Source of the DNA: Hormiphora californensis
Lineage: Eukaryota; Animalia; Ctenophora
NCBI GenBank assembly: GCA_020137815.1
Contig: CM035353.1
Coordinates: 4,526,001 to 4,590,000 of the forward strand
Reading direction: 5' to 3'
DNA: 64,000 nucleotides
Shown: positions 52,198-64,000 of the stretch, piece by piece
Position numbering within the stretch: the first letter of the stretch is position 1
Layout of the letters: every line of letters starts with the position of its first letter
The notes under the pieces: model-generated
Database searches by the model: none
Told to the model about the DNA's origin: nothing
Seen by the model: only the letters and a program-made list of their open reading frames with translations
Made by a program: the position numbers and the translations under genes

Positions 52198-53282
52198 ACT
52201 CTCTCTCTCACTCTATCACGCTCTTTCACTGTCTTATTCCATTATATTCACCTCTTATATCCCTGATCCCGGCAGCAGGCAAAGGTGTAAGTGGGTCACC
52301 TTTCCCGCCAACTAATTTCAATTAGTTTTTGGCTTAATTTAGGTCTCTTTTTGGTTTCTAATCGCAGCATGACATTATTTCATGATGTAATATTGTCGAA
52401 ATGATGCGTTATATGAGAAACGAGACGAATTTCTGTGAAAATCTATTTTAGACGTCATAATGACGTCATTTGACGTAATTAGTGACGTCGTAACGACGTA
52501 ATTGCATCACGATATGTTTTGAATCAATACCCCAAAGGAGCTTGTAAAGTTTCATTGACCACAGTGGTCAGGAAAGGGAGTTTTTGCTCGAAAAACGTTC
52601 AATTTGCTGAATTTTTCGTCAAATTTTTTACTTCCGACGCGATTTAAGGGCTCAAAATGATAAGCTACGAAAATTCGCTATATAGTATCTGAAAGTTCAG
52701 ACGATTTGCCGGTAACGATTTTTCGTCAAATCAGAAATCGGAACACGTCTTCAGGGTGCTAGAGGCGTTTGAAAAAAGTTAGTCGGTCTCGCGCAATGAC
52801 GTCACTCGTGACGTCATTGCGCGCGTCATAGGTAAGATGGAGAGTCGCCACCCAGATGGGTACATGCACGAGACAATTATCTGTCGAATGCCGCTTGGTT
52901 TAAGGTCGTACGATGTCTGGTTCGTCTCAAACTGGGACCAAACGGAAGGTAACAAAGCGTCTATCCATGTATGTATGTATCAACCTAGTTATCCCCACAC
53001 TGAATTTTCTGTTTTGGGGGTGGTGTTATAACTTTTGAACAAAAAGAGCTAGCCACTTGAAATTTTTACCATCGATAGAGGTCTACAAGAAGCTTCTAAG
53101 TACAAAATTTCAGCTTCCTAGCTCTTCCGGTTCGGGAGTTATGGCATGTCAAAAAGTGCCAAAATGGGCTAAAAGTATGAAATAACTATATATATACGCT
53201 GTGAGCAAGCGGGCCGTTTTTGGGGGAAATTTTTTTCGGGGGATGGATGGGGTCACCTTTGCGCTTGCCAGCGCAGTGATTT
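51908..53282 (+). mobile_element. Helentron/HINE-like non-autonomous element, copy 3
   Basis: 5' inverted repeat (51908-52338) around a CT-rich tract; subterminal pair AAAGGTGACCC / GGGTCACCTTT; same 3' hairpin. Confidence 0.78.
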
Positions 53283-54824
53283 TACTGTACTGAATTCTTA
53301 CTGCATTGTAACATTTTCTAGTCCTTCATTTTATTCTTCGAATCTCTTGCTAATACGGGGTTGTTGTTTGGAGTATGAGGTGCCGGTTGGTTTAGCGATA
53401 GGCTGCTCCCCTCTGTCCTTCTAGTTGCGGGTTGGTGGTACCTGCTCGTACACACCGAGGTGTTGCTCCGTCAACTCCCTCTGTCTGTCTCTCTCCAAAA
53501 CTACAAATTCACCACCCTTGTCTCAACGTGACAGATAAATGTCGTCATTACAAGTGACCGAAGGCCTTCTCAAGGGCCTCGCAAACAGCGTAGGAACAAT
53601 CCCAACGCCACATGGCAGTACCTGGCCCCGGTGTTGGCACGGTTGTTTCCTGTACGGTGTAACAAACTCTGTTTTTGTGCAAAGTACTAAACACGGGATT
53701 TTATATAGTTTAAGATTTGTTATAAATATTGGGTAAATATTACAAGTTTAAGAATTAGGGTTTGATAAAGAATATGTGTACAATATACAAATTAGATAAA
53801 TTTCCCGAATCGCACACTACCCGCTTATCCCGCACCGGATCTGCGTGTTTGCGCTCGTATTTCTTAACAACGGCATAGCGCTTTATCGCCGCGTCAACTG
53901 TTGGGTCACGGGACAACGTTTCTTCAGCTTCGTCACTGTCCGAATCCAGGTTCCGCTGGTTCTGCTGGCTGTTCCGGCTCTGCGTTTTCTTCGTCGTCTT
54001 CTATCAACTCTAAATCGTCCAGGTAATGATTGCCCTCATTGACTTCATGATCAATCACCTCATCTTCTTCATCGTTGACATCATCGGCATGTGTCGAGCG
54101 TAAGATTCTTCTCACAGGTACTACTTGTGCTGACGGTCTGGGCATATTTCTTGAGAGGTACCCGGCACAACAAAACACACAACGATTGGGTAGAATTTGA
54201 CACAACGATTGGGTAGAATATAATGTCAGTACTAAAAGGACGAAGGTACAATGTATACTATACATTGCATACACAGAATATATTGTATATATAACGTATA
54301 CATATGGCGCCTCCAAAGTGATGTTCATATATCGTCGTCCATCATTCACTACTATAGCAACAACTATATGTTAGATACTATTTCAGATATAGTTGCTAGT
54401 AATTAGTGTTCTAGCCTCTAGGTGTGTCAAAAAAGTCGTGGAACACTCGGTTATTTCCGGCGGTACCTATGTCCCACGCGAGGGTAATTTCGTTGCCAGT
54501 GAGCTGGTCTGTCTGAAACGGCACATATTGATATAGTGTGTTCTGACACGTGTCTTTCCTAAACCCACATGACATATTGCATCTCTTGTCGTTTGCCACA
54601 CAGATGCAATTACGGTTTTTACAATCTGTGCGGCACGAACAAGCTCCTAGGTATGTTTTTCGCTTAGAAAAACGTGATAGCGATTAGATATGATTCAGGC
54701 GATAGGTTCGGTCTGCTACTTCTTCAGCTCGTCTGCAGCTGAGCCGGTATACCCAATACCCATGTCTCATGCGAGGGTGATTTGCCATGATCTGTCTGAG
54801 ATGGCACAGCTAAAGTACCACGGC

Positions 54825-54947
54825 TAAAGTCCGTTTCAAGCGACTTGACCCTCAATTCTTGGAATTTGGAGCATTGCGCGTGTATTTACAAAGGGGAAAT
54901 CCTGAATTTCCAGGAATCTCAGGTCAAGTCGTTTGAAACGCACTTTA
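54825..54947. mobile_element. Small MITE-like inverted-repeat element
   Basis: TAAAGTCCGTTTCAAGCGACTTGACC / GGTCAAGTCGTTTGAAACGCACTTTA. Confidence 0.65.
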
Positions 54948-55330
54948 AAGTCCCATACCATACCATACGTAGCGCGCGGAGCTCTCCTGTGTATTGTGAG
55001 TGCGCGCAGTACGCATCACTGAGATCATAAGTGAACATGCTTTTGCTTAGCCTCACTGCACATGCAGATGACTACTTGTGACTTGTGTGTTTGCGGAATG
55101 CGGTTTTGTTGCATTGTTGCTTAACCTAGCGGTAGCTAATTGGTAACTAAATTACCCCACATTTCCAAAAGTGAGAGATCAGAGAAGGAAAATGTCCATC
55201 TCTCTCACTTTTGGGCATATCTCTCACTTTTGGACATGTTGTGTGTTCATGTTTGTGCCTGTGGTATCTGTGCCATCTCAGCTCAGACAGATCATGGCAA
55301 ATCACCCTCGCATTGCATGGGTATTGGGTA

Positions 55331-57178
55331 CTAGAAAGCCCGTTGGAGTGGAGCGCCCGTTGACCCGCATCCCCACGCTCTCCCTCACCCAGGAGCACCC
55401 CTCTCACCCGCTGCACCAACCCGCACTTTATAATATAGACTAGAAAGCCCATTGTAGTCTTACAACAACCCCCCCCCCCCCCACCCGTCTCTTATATGCC
55501 TCCCCCCTCTCAATCTTCGTCTCTACGAAGGTTGGTAGTGGTAGAGCGCTGGTGATCAAAGGAAATCCCACTGATTAACATGTAGAATCAGGTGATAAAG
55601 ATCCGTAGAATTGTAGCTGTGTAGAGAATCAATGGGGTACGTAGGTAGAAAGGCTTTGGCAATCATGGAGGTCCCAGCAGTAGATCCCAAAGCACCACAG
55701 GAATAACACAGGAACACGCAACAAACAAACAATAACATGCACGTGCAGTATACCCTCCAATACCCCTCCCAAGCCACCTCCTTGGCAACCCCCCTCTATT
55801 TGCACGTGCTAGGATAGGTCATCATCACTACGACGTTCATTTGCAAATTATAATAGAGACTAGAAAGCCCATTGTAAATTCCTACAACAGCCCCCCCCCC
55901 ACCCGTCTCCATGTCCCCCCTCTTACTCTTAGTCTCTCCATGTCGGGCCAAAGAATACAGAGGTTAGTACTTGTAGAGCGCTGGTGATCCCGCTGAATAA
56001 CATGTAGAATCATCAGGTGATAAAGATCCGTAGAATTGTAGTAGCTGTGTAGAGAATCAACGGGGTACGTAGGTAGAAAGGCTTTGGCAATCACGGTGGC
56101 CCCAGTAGTAGATCCCAAAACACCAACAACAACAACCACAGGAACACGCAATAAACAACAAACAACATGCACGTGCAGTATCCCCCCTCCAATACCCCTC
56201 CAAGGCACCTCCTTGGCAACCCCCCTCTATTTGCACGTGTGGATAGGTCACCACCATCTTCATCACGCCACTCATTTGTACTTTATAATATAGACTAGAA
56301 AGCCCATTGTTAAGTCCTACAACAGCCCCCCCCCCCCCCCACCCGTCTCTATGTCCCCCCCCCTTACTCTTCGTCTCTCCATGTCGGGGTAAAGAATACG
56401 GAGGTTGGTAGTGGTAGAGCGCTGGTGGGAAATCCCGCTGAATAACATGTAGAATCAGGTGATAAAGATCCGTAGAATTGTAGCTGTGTAGAGAATCAAC
56501 GGGGTACGTAAGTAGAACGGCTTTGGCAATCATGGTGACCCTAGCAGTAGATCCCAAAACACCAACAACAACAACCACAGGAACACGCAACAAACAACCA
56601 AAAACATGCACGTGCAGTATCCCCCCTCCAATACCCCTCCCAAGCCACCTCCCAGGGCAACCCCCCACCATTTGCACGTGTGGATAGGACATCACACTCA
56701 TCACGCCACGCATTTGTACTTTATAATAAGGACTAGAAAGCCCATTGAAGTCCCTCAAACCCCCCCCACCCACCCGTCCCCATGTCTCTCTTCCCCTCTT
56801 ACTCTGCGTCTCTCCATGTCGGGGTAAAGACTAAATAATACGAAGGTTGGTAGTGGTAGAGCGCTGGTGATCAAAGGAAATCCCGCTGAATAACATGTAG
56901 AATCAGATGATAAAGATCCGTAGAATTGTAGACATGTGTAGAGAATCAACGGGGTACGTAGGTAGAAAGGCTTTGGCAATCATGGCGGCCTCAGCAGTAG
57001 ATCCAAAACAACGCAGGAACAACACAGGAACACGCAACAAACAACCAAAAACATGCACGTGCAGTATCCCCTCACAACTTCCAAAACCCCTCCCAAGCCA
57101 CCTCCTTGGCAACCCCCCTCTATTTGCACGTGATGATACTACATCATCACGCCACGCATTTGCTTATTATAATAAGGA
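55331..57178 (-). mobile_element. Head-to-tail array of five non-autonomous Helitron units
   Basis: Units 55331-55439, 55440-55859, 55860-56294, 56295-56732, 56733-57178; on the minus strand each starts TC and ends GGGCTTTCTAG; array sits at A|T with no TSD; empty site GAGCCGGTA|TACCCAATACC at 54741-54760. Confidence 0.9.
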
Positions 57179-58033
57179 TACCGGCTCAGTTGCAGACGTG
57201 CAGAAGAAGTAGCAGACCGAACCCATCACCTGAATCCTATCCAATGCATCCATCACGTTTCTCTAAGCCGCACAGATTGTTTCGTTGCATTGTTGCTTAA
57301 TTGCCCCTAGCATTGGCTAATTGGTAACCAAAAATTACCCCACATTTCTCTCTCTCTCTCTCTCGCTCCGTAATTTCTCTGCCAAAGTGGGAGCTATGCA
57401 GTATAAGATATTGTCGCGGTCGACCCAAAAGTGAGAGGGATGGACATGTTGTGAGACAAAGCCAAGTATTGCTTGGCTTTGTCTCACAATTAATACACTA
57501 TATAGTGTGCTTGGTAACGAAGTTACCCCTCCCTTTCCGGTGCAGGGTAATCGAAAACACTACAGCCACGACGTTGGAGGCTTTGCTTCTACTTGCTTTA
57601 CATACTCTTCTTATTGAAAGGATTGAAGTACTTCAATCCTTTCAATAAGAAGGATTTAATTGTGGGACAAAGCCAAGCAATACTTGGCTTTGTCTCACAA
57701 CACGTCCATCCCTCTCACTTTTGGGTCAACGCGTCTAGCATCTGTGTACGTACACAGAATACAGATGCTAGACGTACACAGATGCTGGACGTGGCATGGT
57801 TGACGCGTGTCCCCTTACACGGTCGTCAGACTCAGATCAGGAAAGGCTGGCACATAGCCTGATATAATGGCTTATTTCAGCCGGGCTACTTTGCAGTGTT
57901 ATCTGTTCCCCTGCAACCCCTCGTCCTTATCTTTTGTAATTTGTGCCCGGCCACACGAGGTGGGCAAGGCTTCTATTTAATTTTAATTACATTTTGACTC
58001 TCCTTATCTCAGTATTCTCCTTTGCTCCTCCAA

Positions 58034-58036
<3 letters not shown>

Positions 58037-58091
<55 letters not shown>

Positions 58092-58123
58092 CTATCTCTC
58101 ACTCTCTCTCTTTCTCTCTCTCT

Positions 58124-58152
<29 letters not shown>
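58037..58152. repeat. (CT)n microsatellite
   Basis: Direct reading; similar tracts at 37740-37890 and 52060-52210. Confidence 0.95.
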
Positions 58153-58157
<5 letters not shown>

Positions 58158-61001
58158 CTCTCCATCCCTTGTGTAACCCACACTGACCGTATTTTGTTTC
58201 ATTAAAACGTGGGACGTTTTCTTGTTGTAGTGTGTTGTTGCGCCCAATACCTCCTTCACTCTCTCACCAAGTCCTGCTATCTCCCCCTCTCCTCTTTATC
58301 TCCCTCCCTCGGCCTACCTCACGTGAGAAAAACCGTTGTTAATTTTTAACAGCAAATATGTTAGTTGAGTCGACTGTTTAGAAAGGTGACTCTCTGGCTA
58401 CGGGCCGCCATTATTAACAACGACATGTCTTTCTCCCGTTCGTACTTTATCCGTCTCAATCTCTCCCCTTACTCTCTTCAGAAGTTCAGTTACTTTCTCA
58501 TTTCCGCCTTTATATTACCCTTTTAGATTAGTAGTAATACTAGTGATTGTACTGATTATTATATCCAGATATTTTATGGCATGTTCTTTGTTCATAGTCC
58601 GATGCCTTTTATAACGGTTCATTGTTGTACGTGGTTACAGAACACGTTGTATTGAAATCTATGATTACCTATTGCTGCTGCTATTATATCTAGTCTTGTA
58701 GTCTTAGTAGCTTGTTTCCTATATTCCCTCTATAAATAATTATCATCATGTTATCAAGAATGGGGGCTGCTCAATTAGCCATCCTCAAACTTGATGTAAC
58801 AATAGTGTGTTGAAAAGATTAAAACTTCGTAAGATTTACTTATTTTCCTTTCAGTCACCGAACTAGCATCATGTTTGCTATTCTCTTTCGCCATCTAATC
58901 TCTAAGTTTCTCTTCTGAGCAAGGAGTAAACAATTTCATATTATGTTGGTAAAAATTGAGTTGTAAAATTACGTTCCGACTTCTGTAGGGCATTTATTTC
59001 ACCCTCACAGGACTTACACATATATATAGCCACCACTTCTTAGTTACATTTGGTTCCTCTCTTCCAGATCTTCCAAATAATTCCATGAAGGCCTTCCTAG
59101 TTCGACCTTCACTTTCGTATTTCCTAGTCCTTCTTGGTACATACAGCCAATGGTAGAGACATATATGACCGCGTGGACCACCGTCCTATCGGCCCATTCC
59201 GTGGCGGTGTGGGCCTCTTCGGCTAACAGTACCTCACATCAGTCGTCCACTTTCAAAGTCAGCCTTTTCACTGTTAGCGAACCTCTGAATAGATATACAT
59301 ATTTCAGCATTCTGGGAACCATTACGCAAAGTTATTTATCATCAAGCATGGTTAGCTTCATCTACAGCATTTTTTTCCGATACAGTTGGACACCATGAAC
59401 CATGAGAAAAGCGATATGTGACTGCATCATGATGCATGACATGTATATCATCCCATGACCAATGATATATTTTTCTACAATTGTACTACAGTATCAACTA
59501 TCAAATTAAAATAATAAATTAGACATATTTATAATGCTGATAAAAAGTATCTATGTGGTTTACTGATAGACCCAGTTTACCCAACACGGAAATAGCCTTA
59601 TCTGATACTCCTTCACATTGCAAGTAAATTCCAAATTGTACTGCTCTCACAATCACTCTGTGTTTTCTTTGAGCTGGGAAATGTTATGTAAATGTTGGGT
59701 CCTTGTCAATTATCTAGTATGCAATGTCAGTGAAAGTTTGTTTCTGTAAACCGCCATTACTTTGACACGTGTTGAAAGTAGAATACTTCCAACCTCGACC
59801 ATGTAGCTGTATGGTTTACAATCAACCATGATGGACATGCATACTTGGCAGTAGCATCCATTAGCCGGCTTGCCGATAGTATTCTCGTAGCCCTCTCAGT
59901 GTCATTTATCATATATGCACTCGTCTAAGAGGACCGACGTGTGATTGTAATAATTTTGTTATAGAGGTTTACCGATTCTTAAAAAAGTTGCGTTTAACCT
60001 TGCAGTAACCGCGGTGTGGAATGTCTGCTATTATAGTACATTCATGTTCATGCTCATGATTTACCTCTGAAACGTTTAATATTCAAATCTCGAAGACTCA
60101 TTATCACTACGAATAGTAGTCTCTATTATAATTTAGAAATACATATTTTTTTAAGAATTTACATTTTGTCAAAATGACAAAAATGATGCATTTCTGCCAC
60201 CATTTCTCTTTACAGAGGCCTACCTTTGGCCAATCCGGTACCAGGAGATCTAAAAACAATGATGCGAAAATTGAGTCCCCTCCGCTGCCCAGAAATCCGA
60301 CCGGCTTCAGAGCAACCCCCATATCTGCTAGCACTAAAGGTTCGGTGGATAATTCCAGTTGCCTGTGGTCCTTATATTCCCCCTGTGCTTTAGCCAGGTT
60401 GCCTCTTTCCGTCGCCTTAATTGCCTCCATCCACTCCTGGTGTTACTTCTTCATCTCCTTTTTCTTTTCCTCCATTAGCTTTCACCTCTATATCTGTCAA
60501 ATTAACACAAACGCACAAATAAAATAGTCGGGACAAGATTTTTGTCTTTGTTTCGGCCTCGCACACGATTATTCAGCGAACAAGCCACACACCGCACTTA
60601 TGTGGCCGAAAAGCATTTAATAACTTTTTTGAATAATATAAATAAATTAATTTCAGTGCCGAAAAACCTGCAAGATTTGGAGGCAATGTACTGTTGCTGT
60701 TCTGGGACCGTCATGCCGTAATAGCCGAAAACGGCCCAACATAACGCTGCAGGCCAGTCCTCATCTTCATATGTCGCATCTGCACGGTCCGCTGCTCCCG
60801 TTTCTTCAATGATTCATTGTAAACATGGCCTTCCGGCACTACGATTACGCTGTTCAAGGGCCTCCTCTCCAAGGGTTCACCGCGGGCAAACCGTGTCCAA
60901 TCTTTCGGGACAGGCTCTGTTTCCTGGAGGGTCCTTTGCGGATCTTCCAAATACTCCCTTGTTGGCCTTCCTAGGTCGACCTTCACTTTCGTATTTCCTA
61001 G

Positions 61002-61322
61002 TGTTAAGGTGTGACTGTGTGTGTGATGCCGAGAGCAGGGGGTGTTGTAGTTGTGACTGTAGGATGATTTCACTATTTCAATCCGTGCGACCGTCCAAAC
61101 TATCCGAGGGGTCAAAGGGATACAAACTGCAGGATAATAAAGGGTAAGTTAAATCACAGTACAATAAATCAAACGCTCTAGTCAAAGTGTCTCTAACAAA
61201 AGTGTCTAACTGATGCACCACAGGGTATCCATGTAAACGGGCCTCGATCACGTTTCCTCTCCTCCTTTTATATCCCCTCGATCCTCTCCACAGAACTCCG
61301 TGACGGGGAGTAGTTTTTAACA
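61002..61322. mobile_element. Probable solo LTR (321 bp)
   Basis: Termini TGTTAA...TTAACA; flanks CCTAG / CCTTG (5-bp TSD with one mismatch); internal TATA- and AATAAA-like motifs on opposite strands, so orientation is unclear. Confidence 0.55.
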
Positions 61323-62199
61323 CCTTGCTTTGCTGCTGTTATCTCTGATAGGCGGTAGTTGTTCTGCTCAATGCTCATGTGATGTTATCTCTGCTATACA
61401 GTTGGACACCATGAACCATGAACCATGAGAGAAGCAATATGTTACTGCATCATGATGCATTAATGACATGTATATCATCCCGGGATGAAAAATATATCAT
61501 TGGTCATGGCCATGACCAATGATATATTTTTCTACAATTGTACTACAGTATCAATAAATTAGACTTAGTATAATGCTGATAAAAAGTATTTATATGGTTT
61601 ACTGATAGACCCAGTTTACCCAACACGGAAATAGCCTTATCTGATACTCCTTCACATTGCAAGTAAATTCCAAATTGTACTGCTCTCACAATCACTCTGT
61701 GTTTTCTTTGAGCTGGGAAATGTTATGTAAATGTTGGGTCCTTGTCAATTATCTAGTATGCAATGTCAGTGAAAGTTTGTTTCTGTAAACCGCCATTACT
61801 TTGACACGTGTTGAAAGTAGAATACTTCCAACCTCGACCATGTAGCTGTACGGTTTACAATCAACCATGATGGACATGTGCATACTTGGCAGTAGCATCC
61901 ATTAGTCGGCTTGCCGATAGTATTCTCTAGTAGCTCTCTCAGTGTCATTTATCATATATGCATATGTCATATATGCACTCGTCTGACGTTGTAATAATTT
62001 TGTTATAGAGGTTTACCGATTCTAAAAAGTTGTATTTAACCTTGCATTAACCACGTGGTGTGGAATGTCTGCTATTATATGGTACATTCATGCTCATGAT
62101 TTACCTCTAAAACGTAATATTAAAATCTCGATCTCGAAGACTCATTATCACTACGAATAGCAGTCTCTATTATAATTTAGAAACACATATTATTTATAA

Positions 62200-62617
62200 G
62201 TCAGGTCCTGCTAAAGCTTATAGCCTCCTTTTCCAATGTGTACATGCAGTGATGCAACCCTCCGCTCTGGAGTAGCTTCATTCAGGATAAATAGTTGCGT
62301 TAACCGGTCCAACCATCCTCTTAAAGAGTCAGCTTGTCCGTCCCAAGCTTCTATGCTGCTTACCATCTTCGTCGCCATTTGTTCTACCTTGCTAATTGGA
62401 GAGAACTGATTAACTAGGATCTATGATAACTTTGATTGGTGATAACTTTGATTCTTTGATTTTGTTGACTGCTAACACATGCTTTGATTTGTTGTTTAGG
62501 AACTGTTCAAAATATATAAAAACGTCGGACAAATTGGAATAAATAAATCTCGCTCTGCCAGCGTGCGCAGCCTCGTACAACTACAAAAGTTAGAAGCCGC
62601 GCGTGCTGACCCTAACA
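62200..62617 (-). mobile_element. 5' stub of a Gypsy (Mag-like) LTR retrotransposon: LTR, PBS, gag N-terminus
   Basis: LTR 62617-62380 TGTTAGG...TAGAACA, then TGGCGACGA and MATKMVSSIEAWDGQADSLRGWLDRLTQLFILNEATPERRVASLHVHIGKGGYKL*; absent from the paralogous duplicon near 60150. Confidence 0.8.
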
Positions 62618-63692
62618 CTTACATATTGTCAAGATGACAAAAATGATGCATTTCTGCCACCATTGATCACTACAGAGGCCTACCTTTCGCCAATCCGGTA
62701 CCGGGAGATCTAAAAACAATGATGCGAAAATTGAGTCCCCTCCGCTGCCCAGAAACCCGACCGGCTTCAGAGCAACCCCCATATCTGCTAGCACTAAAGG
62801 TTCGGTGGATAATTCCAGTTGCCTGGGGTCCTTCTATTCCCCCCTGTGCTTTAGCCAGGTTGCCTCTTTCCGTCGCCTTAATTGCCTCCATCCGCTCCTG
62901 GTTTTACTTCTTCATCTCCTTTTTCTTTTCCTCCATTAGCTTTCACCTCTATATCTGTCAAATTAACACAAACGCACACATAAAATAGTCGGGCCAAGAT
63001 TTTTTATCTTTGTTCCGGCCTCGCACACGATTATTCAGCGAACAAGCCACACACCGCACTTATGTTGCCGAAAAGCATTTAATAACTTTTTTTTAAATAA
63101 CATGAATAAATTAATTTCAGTGCCGAAAATCCCGCAAGATTTGGAGGCAATGTACTGTTGCTGTTCTGGGACCGTCATTCCGTAATAGCCGAAAACGGCC
63201 CAACATAACGCTGCAGGCCAGTCCTCATCTTCATATGTCGCATCTGCACGGTCGTAAACATGGCCTTCCGGCACTACGATTACGCTGTTCCAGGGCCTCC
63301 TCTCCAAGGGTTCACCGCGGGCAAACCGTGTCCAATCTTTCGGGACAGGCTCTGTTTCCTGGAGGGTCCTTTGCGCGTTCCATCGGTCGGCCTCCAATAT
63401 ACATTGTTCCGCCTCACAAGGTTGGTCCGGCTCCAACTCCCGGTTCAGCCGGTGGGGGCATAGATGATGTGCCATGGTACTGGAAGGGGGATAAGGATTT
63501 TAGTTCCTGATCCATATGGGATCTGAGAGGGTGTCGGAGGAATCCATAAGGGATTCCCAATCCAAGCATGGTCACTGGACAGTTAGAGTTGACCTCCCAC
63601 GTATGTGCATGTACAACCAGGCGCATATAATTGACAAAATCGGCTGTTAACTAAATACTGACTATCACACTGTTAATTCTCCTGTATAATTA

Positions 63693-64000
63693 TCTATATT
63701 ATAAAGCAGAGAACCTTGCAAGACAATTGGTTTTTGGGGGATTTTAGGGCTTGCACGTGGAAAATTGGCATGTTGTTAGGGGTGTTTGGTGGGGTTTAGG
63801 GCGTGCACGTGCGTGTGTAAAGGTTTTATAAATTTGGGGGATAATAGCTCTTTGGAAAGAGCTTGATATTATCTTTCTAATGAGCCCAAGATTTTTGAAA
63901 TTGGTTGAGAAATGACCGAGTTATGAGGGAAATGGTGAAAAATGAGGGAAAATGTGGGGTTCTGAACTGTTTCAGATCACAGATTGAGAGAGGGGTGAGG
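63693..64000 (+). mobile_element. Probable Helitron 5' end running out of the window
   Basis: A|TCTATATTATAAAG start, identical over 14 nt to the 5' ends of two array units; 3' end not visible. Confidence 0.55.

Larger units (their letters stand above)
59380..63375 (+). repeat. Direct segmental duplication (about 59380-60940 and 61396-63375)
   Basis: Collinear high-identity blocks; second copy carries the Gypsy stub. Confidence 0.9.

Noticed and set aside
55556-57300. Repeated ORFs in the 430-bp array
   Set aside because: Frames are not conserved between units; explained by non-coding Helitron units.

Overview
Eukaryotic, repeat-saturated DNA with an invertebrate-animal-like transposon repertoire. 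I found no recognisable conserved host gene, rRNA, tRNA or CRISPR array. Family assignments are from motif recognition, not database searches. Main contents: (1) a full-length L2/CR1-group LINE on the minus strand (PHD + CCHC ORF1; APE-RT ORF2) interrupted by three nested insertions of three transposon classes, whose exact removal restores a 981-aa ORF2; (2) a 5'-truncated CRE-like RT/restriction-like-endonuclease retrotransposon with a 9-bp TSD; (3) a Penelope-like GIY-YIG fragment split by an inversion, a Gypsy LTR-PBS-gag stub and a probable solo LTR; (4) many MITEs with readable TIRs/TSDs, several with their empty site elsewhere in the window; (5) rolling-circle elements: a 318-bp Helitron, a five-unit head-to-tail Helitron array with exact CTAG|TC junctions, and three divergent Helentron/HINE-like elements with co-varying subterminal repeats; (6) scrambled transposase relics (three hAT types, Sola1, Academ, possible piggyBac, a Ginger/Gypsy integrase piece); (7) a tandem triplication at about 14.05-23.1 kb carrying an apparently intact two-exon gene whose CCHC zinc knuckle is completed only by splicing; (8) orphan spliced ORFs at 47.9-54.6 kb. 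The best leads are the chimeric Helitron array, the HINE-like family and the spliced zinc-knuckle gene.
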